Below, piece by piece: positions 20,197-30,113 of a stretch of 64,000 bases of DNA. Positions within the stretch are counted from its first letter, which is position 1. Every line of letters starts with the position of its first letter. The stretch is from Endomicrobiales bacterium. GTDB lineage: Bacteria > Elusimicrobiota > Endomicrobiia > Endomicrobiales > JALOBY01. Below the pieces are notes generated by a model. That model saw nothing but the letters and a program-made list of their open reading frames with translations, searched no databases and was not told the origin of the DNA. The stretch is taken from contig CAWCNJ010000004.1 in assembly GCA_963796955.1 (NCBI GenBank), positions 256,001 to 320,000 of the forward strand, given 5' to 3'. The position numbers were made by a program, and so were the translations under genes.

Positions 20197-20850
20197 TCGA
20201 AACCTCACTGGAGCTGGCGCTTTGCGCCGAAGGTGTGAAGCATTTCGTTGCCGGTAACGTGCAAAAAGCGGCCGGGTTGTTAGCGCGGGCAATAGCAGAG
20301 AAAAATCCATTCGTGCCGTTTGCTCAAAGAAGGTTAATGAACACTCAACGTCGAGGTCGCACCCAAACTTGAGGCGCTGAAAGCCAAATTGCGACAGACA
20401 CCGGGCTTCCCGTCGGAGCTGATCGATAAAATCCAGGTTTATGACCGCGCCGGGCCGGAGAATGACGAATGCTGGATGTACACGGGCGAAGGTAGTATTG
20501 GCTTTACCACCATTGAGCTTGGGGAAAAAGACGGCGAAACCATTACCGCCATTCCCATCTCTGCCGGCCTGCTGGACGGGAATATCTTTAGCCTGGAGGA
20601 ACAGGCCGCCGCTATAACACACGAACCGCATGCCCTAACCTGGCGCAAGGCCAATCGGATCAAAGGTAAACTACCCGCCACCGATGAAGGTTATCATAAA
20701 TATCTGGGGAAGAAAGCAGAGGCTGATAAAGCGACTGAAGAAGAAAAACTTGAAGCCGCCCTGATGGATAGGGTCAAGCCAATGCTTGATCGCGAAGTAA
20801 CCAGCCTGCCTTTTGTTATTTCAAAAGAAATAGCGGAATACTTTCCCGGA
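20178..20850 (+). repeat. ~220-aa spacer module, copy 2 (split over two frames)
   Basis: QSLGIVIETS...KIQVYDRAGP...EGSIGF...HEP...PATDEGYH...EYFPG. Confidence 0.9.
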
Positions 20851-23800
20851 GTTGAACTCGCAGAAGGAGCTGTAAGTTCGTTGGGCGAAATATTAGGGTC
20901 AACCCAGTCGCAATCTCGCGACATGGAAAATGTCTCTGGGGTAGATAATACCGTGAGCCCGGCGAATAGTACAAAACTCAAGTCTGACGCCGGTAGCATT
21001 CTGGTGCATACCGGCGCGGCGGGGGCCACAGCTGACCGGGTGGTGCGCATGATTCGCGCTGCACTTTCTGCAGGAGGGATAGTGCTGGATGAGGGAACAG
21101 AGCTGGCTCTTACTGCGGGGATCTCTGCCGGAGTTGTAAGCGCTTCGTCCGATGTTACCGGTATCGGACAGGGGCGTTTGCTATGGTGGGATGGCTGTGA
21201 ACGTCCGTTCGAGCAGGAAATAAAAGAAGCGACCGGACTTGACGTTTCCGTGACAACCGTGCAGGGTACGGGGCCCGCAGATATGATGTTCGTTGAGAAA
21301 GGCGTGTGGGGGTTTCTGACGTATGACCCGAGAAACAAGACGGTCGTGGTTTCTGATGGTATATGGAGGCCATTCCTTGCCCCCGGCGTCGGCGAGTTTG
21401 AGGACGAGGAACGGCTGTCTATGTTCACGCTTGCAGCGGGAAGCGACAGGGCGCTGAACGAGCCGGCCTCGCAGGAACAGGCCGAACTGCTGGGGTATTT
21501 ATCTAAAAAACTGTCCCACAGAGAACTTTTTGACGATGCGGAAATGAAGCATATCGGCGATGGCGGCGCCGGTGCAAAAGAGCTCTATGATCGGCTGATG
21601 GTTGCCCGGGGCAAGGAAGCCATAGATGTTCTTGACCAGTTATTGCGTGCAGCGGGCATCACAAAAAAAGCATTTGAGTACTGGTATGATGCTATCAGGG
21701 AATCAGTGCATTCCGGCGATACCACGCATAAAGCTGAGGTCGAGGTACTGGATAGAATAGAAAAGGCGGCAAGCCTCTCTCAGTTCAGTACGTTCGACGA
21801 TAGTCTTCAAGGAAAGGTTACGGCGCTGGTCAACGGAGCGCTCGATGTCGTAGCCAGGGGGACCTTAACGACCGGTCTTATAACATCAATAGCCGGCCTC
21901 GCTGACGCGAAGACAACGGTGCATATGCCCGTGCCCTGTGTGGTGGAACTGAGCGCATCCGGGGTCAAGCTGTCGCGCGCGGTCAGGATGCTTGATATGG
22001 GTCTTCCATTTAAACCGAAGGAGCAGAAAAGTTGGATGCTGCGGCGGCAGGAATCGGGTCTTGTTCAAAGGTCAGCACAACGCAGGCTGAAACTTGGCGC
22101 TCCTTCAATTCCCGCACAGGAAAAAAGAGATGCCCAGCCGCCGCAAAAAGAAGCGCTGCTTTTGGAGCCTGCGCAGCAAATGCCTGAAACCGGCCTTATT
22201 CCCGGCGCTCCTCAACAGGAAACACCGGCGCTGAAAATGCAGAAGGATGGCCTTCCCTTAGAAAATACAAAGCGGAAAGCTGAAACGGGACAGATGAAAA
22301 AAGCCGAGCCTATCGGTGAGCCAGTGGTGATCAACAGCTGGCTGGATGACGGCAGGCTTGTGCTTGCCGGTAACGGCGAATGCTTTTTCGGGTATCTGGA
22401 CCAAGAGGGACGCTGCGCTCTTCAAGGTTCGCCATACATAAAGATCCAGGGGGCGTTCGGATTAAACAACACGAACGGCGAGATCCCTGTATTGCATGGT
22501 GATGTCTTTGCGGGAGCCGCGGCTGAGGTATATAACTTTGACGAGATGCAAGGCGGATACCGCAGGGAGCCGGTATTTGGCGATGACCAATTCTATTCAT
22601 GGGGGTACTACCCGCGCCGGATAAGCTGCGCGATGAATGGAAAATATCGAGGCAAATTCGCGGTTTGCGGCCCTCATGGGACTCTTAACGTTGAAGTATG
22701 GTGGCAGGGCCAGCGGCGGCTTGAGCCAATAAAATTGACGTATTTTGGCGGGCCGCAGGTTATGACTGACTTTTACGCGCTGGAATGGTCGCACGACGGC
22801 AAAAGGCTTGCGGTCTGCGGTGACAAAGGAGAAGTGTGGATACTGGAACGGAATGAAGACAGAACGTGGAAGTTTATGAAGCTTGAGGCGCAGGACGAGT
22901 CGGGAAAAGCCATTGGCGAGTTCGCCCGCACGCGGATAACCCAAAGCCATTGGTCGCCGGACGGGCGCCTGCTTGTCTCGGGTGAAATGAAAGGCGACAA
23001 ATCCCGCGCATGGATACTGGACTTAAGAAACACCGCTGGTTATCAGGTAAAAGCGCATTTGCTTACCAATACGCACGGTCAACCTCTGTGCAGTGTGAGT
23101 GATGCGGCATGGTCGGGCGATAACCGGCTTGCGATAGGAGGAAGCACGGACCGCGATGGAGCGCACTCTGTATATGTTTATGCCCCTGGCGAGACAACGT
23201 ATGAAGTTCAACAGGTGGCGCTTCCAGGCGCGGATAAAGCTGAACAAGTCCGTTCACTTGCTTTTTCAAAAAGCAACAGGCTTGGCGTTGTGGGGTATCA
23301 TGATGTTGTAATAGAAAATGTGCCGGACAAAGTATGGGTCCTGAATCTTAAGGGCGACGGGGTTTTTGCAAACACCGTAAAACTGGAAGGCGTTAATATA
23401 AGGATAGCCAATCTTTCCTGGTCGCCGGACGGACGGTGGCTATGCGGTTCAGGCAGCGCCTCCGCGGCAAATATATGGGAGGTCGGCCCGCTTGCTGAGC
23501 TTGCCGCACAGGGCCGTCTCGAAAACACGGGAACGGCCGGTGACAGGCATGAACTGTTGGCAAATAGGGTAGCCGGGGCAGCTGGGGTCGGATCTCAAGT
23601 ATTGGTAACTGCGCAAACTGAGACGAATGAATCCGCTGCTACAAGTGTTAAACCTAATAACCTAAGAATGCCCCCTACTGCCGATTCCACAGATCCGCAG
23701 ATATCAATTGCAGATGAGCAATTACTGCAGAAGTATTTGGCAAAACTGGGGAAGGGCCCTCGCTTGTTGTTTGAATTCCCGAATATGCCTTTACTGGATC

Positions 23801-26800
23801 GGCAGCTTAATAAAACTGAATTCAATGAATGGAAAAAACAAAGGCAGGCGGTATGGTCCCAAATTTATGTTGTTGTAACTTCTTTGCCATGCAAGATAAT
23901 GGATGCTAAGCTCGGCTACGGCGACCGGATCCGCTATGTGTTAAATGAAACTTTTCATAACTCATGCGATGCCATTTTCTCAAATTATGACGCTCGTGTG
24001 TTGAAGAATTCAGGTGTGCCGGTTCGGCCGGCAAACTACGTCGGAAAGATATGGGTTGACGTTTCTGTGGTCGGAAACAATCTAGTTTTCAAGGTAATGG
24101 ACAATGGTTTAGGTATATATGCCGCAAATACCAATCAAAAGAAAAACCTAAGAAAAGCGCTTGCCTCGGTGTACTTTGGCGACCTTGGGGAAGGGCTCGA
24201 TAATATCAGTAAGTACGTAGCTGATAAATCACTAAGTTATGAGCAAAAGCTTGCCTTCAGCCAAGAAGATCGTAAGGTGAGTGAGACGGTTATAACTGTT
24301 CCTTTAGCAAATGTGACATTTGTTCAAGAATCTCTCGCCAGATTACCATCTTTGCAGGCAGCTGAAGAAGATTATTTGCAGGAGCCGATTGGGACCAAAT
24401 CCAGCCTTTCGACAAACGTGGACATGCGGGATGACAAAAACGGGAAACACGAACAATCTCTTGGGGTAGTGATTAAATCCTCGGCGGAGCTTGCGCTTTC
24501 TGCTGAAGGGGTAAGGCAGTTAGTAGCGGGCAGTGTTCAGGGTGCGGCGAGTTTGATAGCGCTGGAAATTGCGAAACAGCATCCGAAACCATACAAGTCG
24601 TTTACTGATCCCGAGCGAGTGGCGGATAGCAGTCCGGAGGTTGTCGCGAAATTGAATAAGCTTATAGATGCGCTGCGCGATCGCGGTGTCAGTGAGGATA
24701 TCATTGCCAAAATACAGGTTTATCCGCGCGACGGGCCTGAAGGGTATATTTGGACCGATGAAGGCAGTATCGGTTTTGCCGGCGCGTTGTTCGATGGAAC
24801 GCCGCAGCATAACCTTACACTGCTGCCGGTTTCCGAAGGGCTTTTCACGCGCTATCCCAATGTGGAAGATCAAGTTATCGCTATTCTCCATGAGCCGTAT
24901 GCCGCCGATTGGCGACGCGCTAATGGCTGGCCCGCAACCGATGAAGAATACCACAAAGAACTGCTCGGTGGCCTCAGTAAAGGTACCTTGCCCTCCGAGA
25001 AAATCCGCGAGGCTGAACTGATCAAAGATGTTGAAGATCTGCTGAATAAAGTTATTCCTGCCCTGCCGTTCAATGTTACCGAAGATATCGCGGAATACTT
25101 CCCCGGAGCTAAGTCAGCGATAAACACCGAAAAATCAATAACCGAGTTGCTTAAGTTAGTTAAGTCTGACACCAGGTCCATTGGTGTGGATACAGGAGCC
25201 TATCCCGTGATACCCGGATATCGCATCACCGGGAAGGCGGGTTCCGGGACGACTGCGATAGTATACAGCGCTACAGAGAGCGCCACTGGTCTGAAAGTCG
25301 CTGCAAAAGTCGCCCGTTCGACATGTTTAGAGAAGAGTAAACCGCAGCTCGAAACAGAATCGAAGTTCTTCGCGATGTCTACGAGCGGGCGTTTTCCACG
25401 CTTGATCACACATGGTGTTACGAAACTCGGCGAGCCCTATGAGATCATGGGATTTGTTGCTGGTAAAACTCTTGAGAAATGGATATACGATAATAGAAAA
25501 GCAACCGGTACTGCATATTCTATCCGTTGTCTTTCGATTATTTTCCAGATAGTGCAGGCGTTGCAGGAGGCTCATGTTCAGCACAATGTTATATACCGGG
25601 ACCTGAAGCCTTCTAACGTTATGGTTGAAGATATTCCCGGCGGAGCTGTTAAAGTTACGCTTGTTGATGCCGGCCTCGTTACTGCCGTGGGTGAACCTCA
25701 GGACGGCAGCGGTACATACGCTTTTTCCGCGCCGGAACAACAGCCGGGGAGCATCGCCGATCTCCGTTTCGACTTCTTCCCGGCAGGCTTGCTCCTGTTC
25801 CGCCTGCTTATACATAATGATTGGGCCCTTTCTGATCTCCGGAAGAACATGGACCTGGTCAGGCTGGACGAAGGACTGAAGCGGGAGTTAACGAATATCA
25901 TAGAAAAGGCCGTCGCACAACAGCCGAAAGACCGTTATCACAACGACAAGGAATTCCTGGACGAGGTAGATCAAGCTTTGGCCTTGGCGAGGCGAATTGA
26001 GTCTGCTGAAACGGCGTGGGCCGATCGTTACCGTTTTGAACACCCGGTTCTGTCGCATCTGCCTATTCTTGGTACTTATTTAATGCGCCGCATTGTCGCC
26101 AACTCAGTTAATCCCGTATCTTCACAAAAAACAACGCGATTAACAACCGGTGAAACGGTTAAGAATTATATAGTTAAGCACTCCGCTATGCGTTTTATTT
26201 ATACCCATAATATCCTTTGGCTAGGCAGAGGTTTTGTAATTGCATGTGTCTCAATTTCGCGCAGCGAGCTTGGGGCGTCGGTGGCGGAGCTTGGGATGTT
26301 CGCCGAGGCTATCGCGGCAAGGCTTACGAATGATAATACCGCGTATAATAAGCTGGTATTAGCCCACAAACCCGAAGGCATGAGTGAAGAAGATTGGCTG
26401 CAAAGTGCTGCGAAGGAAAAAGTGGAAAGCGGTTTTCTTGCCCTGGAAGCTAAGCTATTGCGCAACTTCCCGGGAGTAACGCCGGCAGCTGTTCTAACCA
26501 ACAAAATCGTCCACGCCTGGATAGTGGAAACCCACCGGAAACACAACCTGGCCGTGCTGATGAACTTTAAACTGCACATTATTAATCTAGGCAGAATTTT
26601 AACCTTGCGCAAACCCCTCCCCTACGGCTTGCTGACGACAAATGGGGAAGATAAGTCAAATGCCGTAGCGCAAGACCTGGCCCCATTGGTACTGCCAAAA
26701 GAGCCGGAAATATCTGCACGTATGTCTAATTTAAAGAAAGCGCGTGTGCTGAGCGAATATATACTGTTATTGAGCGACTTGTTTTATCAAGTGTGTCCGG

Positions 26801-29538
26801 ATGGGAAATCGGTATATGTGGAGAAAGTGGTTAGAAATACGTCCATATCGGTAATGACAAATTTCTCTCAGTGGATCGGCCATGGAGTGTTTGATCATTC
26901 GAAATTAATTCAGATACTTAGCTATTACGAGACAGATGGATACAAAATATTTGAACACGATGATCTGGAATCGCTTTATAAAGATATTCGTGACCATGTA
27001 CAAGCAATATCAGATTATGCGCAAGACGATAGTTTCCTTAAAAATTATTCCATCCCTGATGTTAGCAAATATACCAAGGAAAACCCAATGTCGCGTTCGC
27101 AGGCTGTGATGTACTTCCTGAACGAAGCCTTCGGCGGTAGTTCGCCGGAAGCCGCCCAGCGCTACGCGCGGTTCAAACGAATAGTCGCTCAGATGGAAAA
27201 AGTAGAACCCGACTTTGAAAAATACATCCAGGCCGTCATAGCCGATTACAACAACTGGAAGGCCGCCCAAACTGCCGCGACTAGTCAAAAAGACAAGTCT
27301 GACACCGAAATATCAACGCTATCCAATGTTTCATATAGCAGCGTAATGCATGTTTCATTGTTCGATAAGGCGTTGAAGGATCTTGAATTTGTTTATAGCG
27401 ATAGCGTTGAGCGGGCAGTGAAGGATGGGTTGGATCGTACCGCTACGGAAAAAGGCAATCCCGATGAAGTGACTGTGGCGAACGTGCGGTTTTTTAAAGT
27501 ATGGTCCGGCGTACATCGTATTTGGGTCTGTGCGAGGGAACAACATACCGGAATGCGGGCGGTGCTGGACGAGCTTGGGATCGAATACTGGTTAAAGTAC
27601 GATGACAAAGCCCAGATCGTGATCTCGCAGCACAGTTTAAAGGCGCTCTCTATAACGAATCCTGAAAGGATCGCCAGGGAGTTGGATTCTGCGCTGGACC
27701 GTAAGGCCGCTGACGATAAAACGCCCAATTCAGTTGTGTTGTGCGGTGTCAGGTTCTTCAGAGTCCAGGCCGGCAAATGGCCCAGGTGGGCTGCTGAGCG
27801 TAAAGAGCACGACGCTTTTATTAAGCTCGGTACAAACCCGGGAAGCCCCGTGCAGTTTATCGTAAAAGAAAATAGGCAGCCAGAGAATGAAGCCGTATCA
27901 CTGGATTTTCATAATGTCCCAGCGGCGAAGCTTCGCGAGATCATTCAATCGTATCACGCTGTTACCACGGATGATAACGGCGGATTACATACCAATATCT
28001 ATCTGCTGGATGCCCCGACTCCTGATATGGAAAGCTGGGATTGGCACAACACGGGTATGGTCGTGAACGGTAACCCGGTATGGTTCAGCGCGAAAGCGAA
28101 TGCGCTGGTGCTGTTTTCCGAAGGAGCGCAAAGCTCGGAAGTTGCAGCGCGTATCGCAATGACAATGACGGATAGGAATGGCGTGAAAGAAGGCCGGCTG
28201 ATCCGTCAGGCATTTGAGCGTCTGGGCCGGGAGCAGGAGATCGATCTGAGCGCCCGGGGCTATCAGGTGGGCATCCGCATAGATCACTCCGCGCCGGGGG
28301 AAACCGTGAATTATATCAACGGTGAAATGGTGGTGAGTGCGGGCTATTTCGAGGCGGGCGGAAAGACGACACCCGGCAGGATTTCCCTAAAGCTTGGCGG
28401 ATTAGAAAAATTTCGCAAAGCTGAAAGCAAGGCGTTGCAGCAGGAAATATATATCGGCATGGATGATGTAAACGACTTTAACGGATTGCTGGAAGAACTG
28501 GCTTTGTTCGACCGGGCAGGCAGCGGGCAGATGGTAGTAAAGGCTGCCGTATTTGACGGGAAGAGTGAAACGCAGATACGCGCTGTCACAGATCTTGCCC
28601 GTAGGGCTGGTATTAAAATAATGATCAACACTGTCCAGGGTTGTCAGCGCGATTGGCAGTCGCTTGGTTTTGCAGGATATTATGACGGACGCAAAATGTA
28701 TGATTTCACGGCGAAACCAGAGGGGGACAGTGCGGATGAAATAGGCGATTTCAAAACGCCGGATGTATTAAAAAGCAAGCTTGCCGGATCAAACGCGGCT
28801 TATAAGATAGTTACATGGAGCAACTTGAAGGGGTTGCTTGCCGAGCGATCCATTGTTGAGCGTGTTGCGATAGGTGAAATACTGAAAACTTCCGTGTTGG
28901 GCCTGTATAGGGCCGAGACGACGCTGACAGAGAACTATGTCCGGGACGTGGGGTATAATTTGGAACGGGATGCATTGCCCACGGTGATAAACGACTCCGC
29001 GCTGGCTGATGCGGTGAAGAGCGGTTCCGTTGAAGAGATACAGGAAGCGCTTCAAATAAACGGGCAGGAACATGTTGTCAACGCATATCTTGCTAAACTG
29101 GCCGGAGACATTGGCGGGAAGAATCAGCAGAAGCTAAAGGAACTTCAACTGGCGTTCTTAACCGCGGTCGTTGAAAAAGCTCTGTCTAAATCAAAACTTG
29201 ATAGCGTCGGTAAGACCGATGGCCTTGCGGATCAGGGTTTTGAGATAACTCTTGGCCAAAAACTGCTGAAGCAAAAGCAGGATAATACTGCCGGGCCTGT
29301 TGATGTAAAAACGCTTACGATGTTTGCAGGTCTGGAAAAAGAAAAATTAGCGGGTGAATTCTTCCGCTCTCTTTCAACGAAAGTAACTGAATTAAACGCT
29401 CGCAAAGATCCTGAGGCAATAAACACCGTAATAGAACTAATAGCCGCCCGCGCTGAAACGAAAATACGTTTTGATAAGGATTCTCTGCAGACCAAGTTCG
29501 ATGCCGAAGCCGTAACCGCCGTCCTTGAAGCCGGATAA
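20341..29538 (+). CDS. giant multidomain protein part 2: spacer module, WD40 propeller, HATPase, spacer module, Ser/Thr kinase, C-terminal region; probably the same gene as part 1
   Basis: same frame as part 1, reopens at 20341 mid-repeat with no SD or proper start; WSPDG repeats, NxCDA/DNGLG, YRDLKPSN/APE. Confidence 0.85.
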   Translation, partial: TLNVEVAPKLEALKAKLRQTPGFPSELIDKIQVYDRAGPENDECWMYTGEGSIGFTTIELGEKDGETITAIPISAGLLDGNIFSLEEQAAAITHEPHALTWRKANRIKGKLPATDEGYHKYLGKKAEADKATEEEKLEAALMDRVKPMLDREVTSLPFVISKEIAEYFPGVELAEGAVSSLGEILGSTQSQSRDMENVSGVDNTVSPANSTKLKSDAGSILVHTGAAGATADRVVRMIRAALSAGGIVLDEGTELALTAGISAGVVSASSDVTGIGQGRLLWWDGCERPFEQEIKEATGLDVSVTTVQGTGPADMMFVEKGVWGFLTYDPRNKTVVVSDGIWRPFLAPGVGEFEDEERLSMFTLAAGSDRALNEPASQEQAELLGYLSKKLSHRELFDDAEMKHIGDGGAGAKELYDRLMVARGKEAIDVLDQLLRAAGITKKAFEYWYDAIRESVHSGDTTHKAEVEVLDRIEKAASLSQFSTFDDSLQGKVTALVNGALDVVARGTLTTGLITSIAGLADAKTTVHMPVPCVVELSASGVKLSRAVRMLDMGLPFKPKEQKSWMLRRQESGLVQRSAQRRLKLGAPSIPAQEKRDAQPPQKEALLLEPAQQMPETGLIPGAPQQETPALKMQKDGLPLENTKRKAETGQMKKAEPIGEPVVINSWLDDGRLVLAGNGECFFGYLDQEGRCALQGSPYIKIQGAFGLNNTNGEIPVLHGDVFAGAAAEVYNFDEMQGGYRREPVFGDDQFYSWGYYPRRISCAMNGKYRGKFAVCGPHGTLNVEVWWQGQRRLEPIKLTYFGGPQVMTDFYALEWSHDGKRLAVCGDKGEVWILERNEDRTWKFMKLEAQDESGKAIGEFARTRITQSHWSPDGRLLVSGEMKGDKSRAWILDLRNTAGYQVKAHLLTNTHGQPLCSVSDAAWSGDNRLAIGGSTDRDGAHSVYVYAPGETTYEVQQVALPGADKAEQVRSLAFSKSNRLGVVGYHDVVIENVPDKVWVLNLKGDGVFANTVKLEGVNIRIANLSWSPDGRWLCGSGSASAANIWEVGPLAELAAQGRLENTGTAGDRHELLANRVAGAAGVGSQVLVTAQTETNESAATSVKPNNLRMPPTADSTDPQISIADEQLLQKYLAKLGKGPRLLFEFPNMPLLDRQLNKTEFNEWKKQRQAVWSQIYVVVTSLPCKIMDAKLGYGDRIRYVLNETFHNSCDAIFSNYDARVLKNSGVPVRPANYVGKIWVDVSVVGNNLVFKVMDNGLGIYAANTNQKKNLRKALASVYFGDLGEGLDNISKYVADKSLSYEQKLAFSQEDRKVSETVITVPLANVTFVQESLARLPSLQAAEEDYLQEPIGTKSSLSTNVDMRDDKNGKHEQSLGVVIKSSAELALSAEGVRQLVAGSVQGAASLIALEIAKQHPKPYKSFTDPERVADSSPEVVAKLNKLIDALRDRGVSEDIIAKIQVYPRDGPEGYIWTDEGSIGFAGALFDGTPQHNLTLLPVSEGLFTRYPNVEDQVIAILHEPYAADWRRANGWPATDEEYHKELLGGLSKGTLPSEKIREAELIKDVEDLLNKVIPALPFNVTEDIAEYFPGAKSAINTEKSITELLKLVKSDTRSIGVDTGAYPVIPGYRITGKAGSGTTAIVYSATESATGLKVAAKVARSTCLEKSKPQLETESKFFAMSTSGRFPRLITHGVTKLGEPYEIMGFVAGKTLEKWIYDNRKATGTAYSIRCLSIIFQIVQALQEAHVQHNVIYRDLKPSNVMVEDIPGGAVKVTLVDAGLVTAVGEPQDGSGTYAFSAPEQQPGSIADLRFDFFPAGLLLFRLLIHNDWALSDLRKNMDLVRLDEGLKRELTNIIEKAVAQQPKDRYHNDKEFLDEVDQALALARRIESAETAWADRYRFEHPVLSHLPILGTYLMRRIVANSVNPVSSQKTTRLTTGETVKNYIVKHSAMRFIYTHNILWLGRGFVIACVSISRSELGASVAELGMFAEAIAARLTNDNTAYNKLVLAHKPEGMSEEDWLQSAAKEKVESGFLALEAKLLRNFPGVTPAAVLTNKIVHAWIVETHRKHNLAVLMNFKLHIINLGRILTLRKPLPYGLLTTNGEDKSNAVAQDLAPLVLPKEPEISARMSNLKKARVLSEYILLLSDLFYQVCPDGKSVYVEKVVRNTSISVMTNFSQWIGHGVFDHSKLIQILSYYETDGYKIFEHDDLESLYKDIRDHVQAISDYAQDDSFLKNYSIPDVSKYTKENPMSRSQAVMYFLNEAFGGSSPEAAQRYARFKRIVAQMEKVEPDFEKYIQAVIADYNNWKAAQTAATSQKDKSDTEISTLSNVSYSSVMHVSLFDKALKDLEFVYSDSVERAVKDGLDRTATEKGNPDEVTVANVRFFKVWSGVHRIWVCAREQHTGMRAVLDELGIEYWLKYDDKAQIVISQHSLKALSITNPERIARELDSALDRKAADDKTPNSVVLCGVRFFRVQAGKWPRWAAERKEHDAFIKLGTNPGSPVQFIVKENRQPENEAVSLDFHNVPAAKLREIIQSYHAVTTDDNGGLHTNIYLLDAPTPDMESWDWHNTGMVVNGNPVWFSAKANALVLFSEGAQSSEVAARIAMTMTDRNGVKEGRLIRQAFERLGREQEIDLSARGYQVGIRIDHSAPGETVNYINGEMVVSAGYFEAGGKTTPGRISLKLGGLEKFRKAESKALQQEIYIGMDDVNDFNGLLEELALFDRAGSGQMVVKAAVFDGKSETQIRAVTDLARRAGIKIMINTVQGCQRDWQSLGFAGYYDGRKMYDFTAKPEGDSADEIGDFKTPDVLKSKLAGSNAAYKIVTWSNLKGLLAERSIVERVAIGEILKTSVLGLYRAETTLTENYVRDVGYNLERDALPTVINDSALADAVKSGSVEEIQEALQINGQEHVVNAYLAKLAGDIGGKNQQKLKELQLAFLTAVVEKALSKSKLDSVGKTDGLADQGFEITLGQKLLKQKQDNTAGPVDVKTLTMFAGLEKEKLAGEFFRSLSTKVTELNARKDPEAINTVIELIAARAETKIRFDKDSLQTKFDAEAVTAVLEAG
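24454..25107 (+). repeat. ~220-aa spacer module, copy 3
   Basis: QSLGVVIKSS...KIQVYPRDGP...EGSIGF...HEP...PATDEEYH...EYFPG. Confidence 0.9.
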
Positions 29539-29566
29539 TGCACTATCCCGCCTGCTGTCTGTTCGC

Positions 29567-29605
29567 AAAAAAAACCACGAAAGTTTCTTTTCGTGGTTTT
29601 TTTTT
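29567..29605. terminator. bidirectional intrinsic terminator
   Basis: A8-ccacgaaa / tttcgtgg-T9 between convergent genes. Confidence 0.9.
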
Positions 29606-29619
29606 GTTCGTTACTATGT

Positions 29620-30099
29620 TTATTTTTTGTGTTTTTTTCCGGTCAGGTCAATGATCAGCGGCACTTCGCCGCAATCGGGGAAATGGGGGCAATTAATGCA
29701 CTCGCCCCAGACTTTGTGGGGAAGTTCGTCGCGGGATATTTGCTTGTAGCCTAGTTTCTCAAAGAAGCCCGGTCTGTAGGTGAGGCAGAAAACCTTGTGA
29801 ATACCGAGCATCAGGGAATTTTTTTGACAGGCTATCACCATTTTAGTGCCCACGCCTTTGCCTCTTACGCTTTGATCGACGGCCAGGGCTTTTACTTCGG
29901 CAAGATCTTCCCATGATACATGCAGGGCGCAGCAGCCGACCATTTTTTTCCCCTCGACAGCGACGATATATTCCTGCAGATTTTCGTAAATAGAGTTCAG
30001 AGACCTCGGCAGCATTTCCCGTTCTTTGGCGTAATGGTTGATAAGAGCATGCATCGCTTTAACGTCCTGCGCTGTGGCGGGCCGTATTTTAATGTTCAT
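29620..30099 (-). CDS. GNAT N-acetyltransferase, short ArgA-like amino-acid acetyltransferase
   Basis: MLPRSL, EDLAEVKALAV, LPHKVWGECINCPHFPDCGE. Confidence 0.85.
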   Translation of the reverse strand: MNIKIRPATAQDVKAMHALINHYAKEREMLPRSLNSIYENLQEYIVAVEGKKMVGCCALHVSWEDLAEVKALAVDQSVRGKGVGTKMVIACQKNSLMLGIHKVFCLTYRPGFFEKLGYKQISRDELPHKVWGECINCPHFPDCGEVPLIIDLTGKKHKK

Positions 30100-30113
30100 A
30101 TTTATCCTTTGAA

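Noticed and set aside
20100..20372. 90-aa ORF as an independent gene
   Set aside because: It is the out-of-frame first part of spacer copy 2 of the giant gene
20389..20391. TTG as a true start for the 3049-aa ORF
   Set aside because: It falls mid-repeat, has no SD or signal peptide, and homology to copy 1 continues upstream
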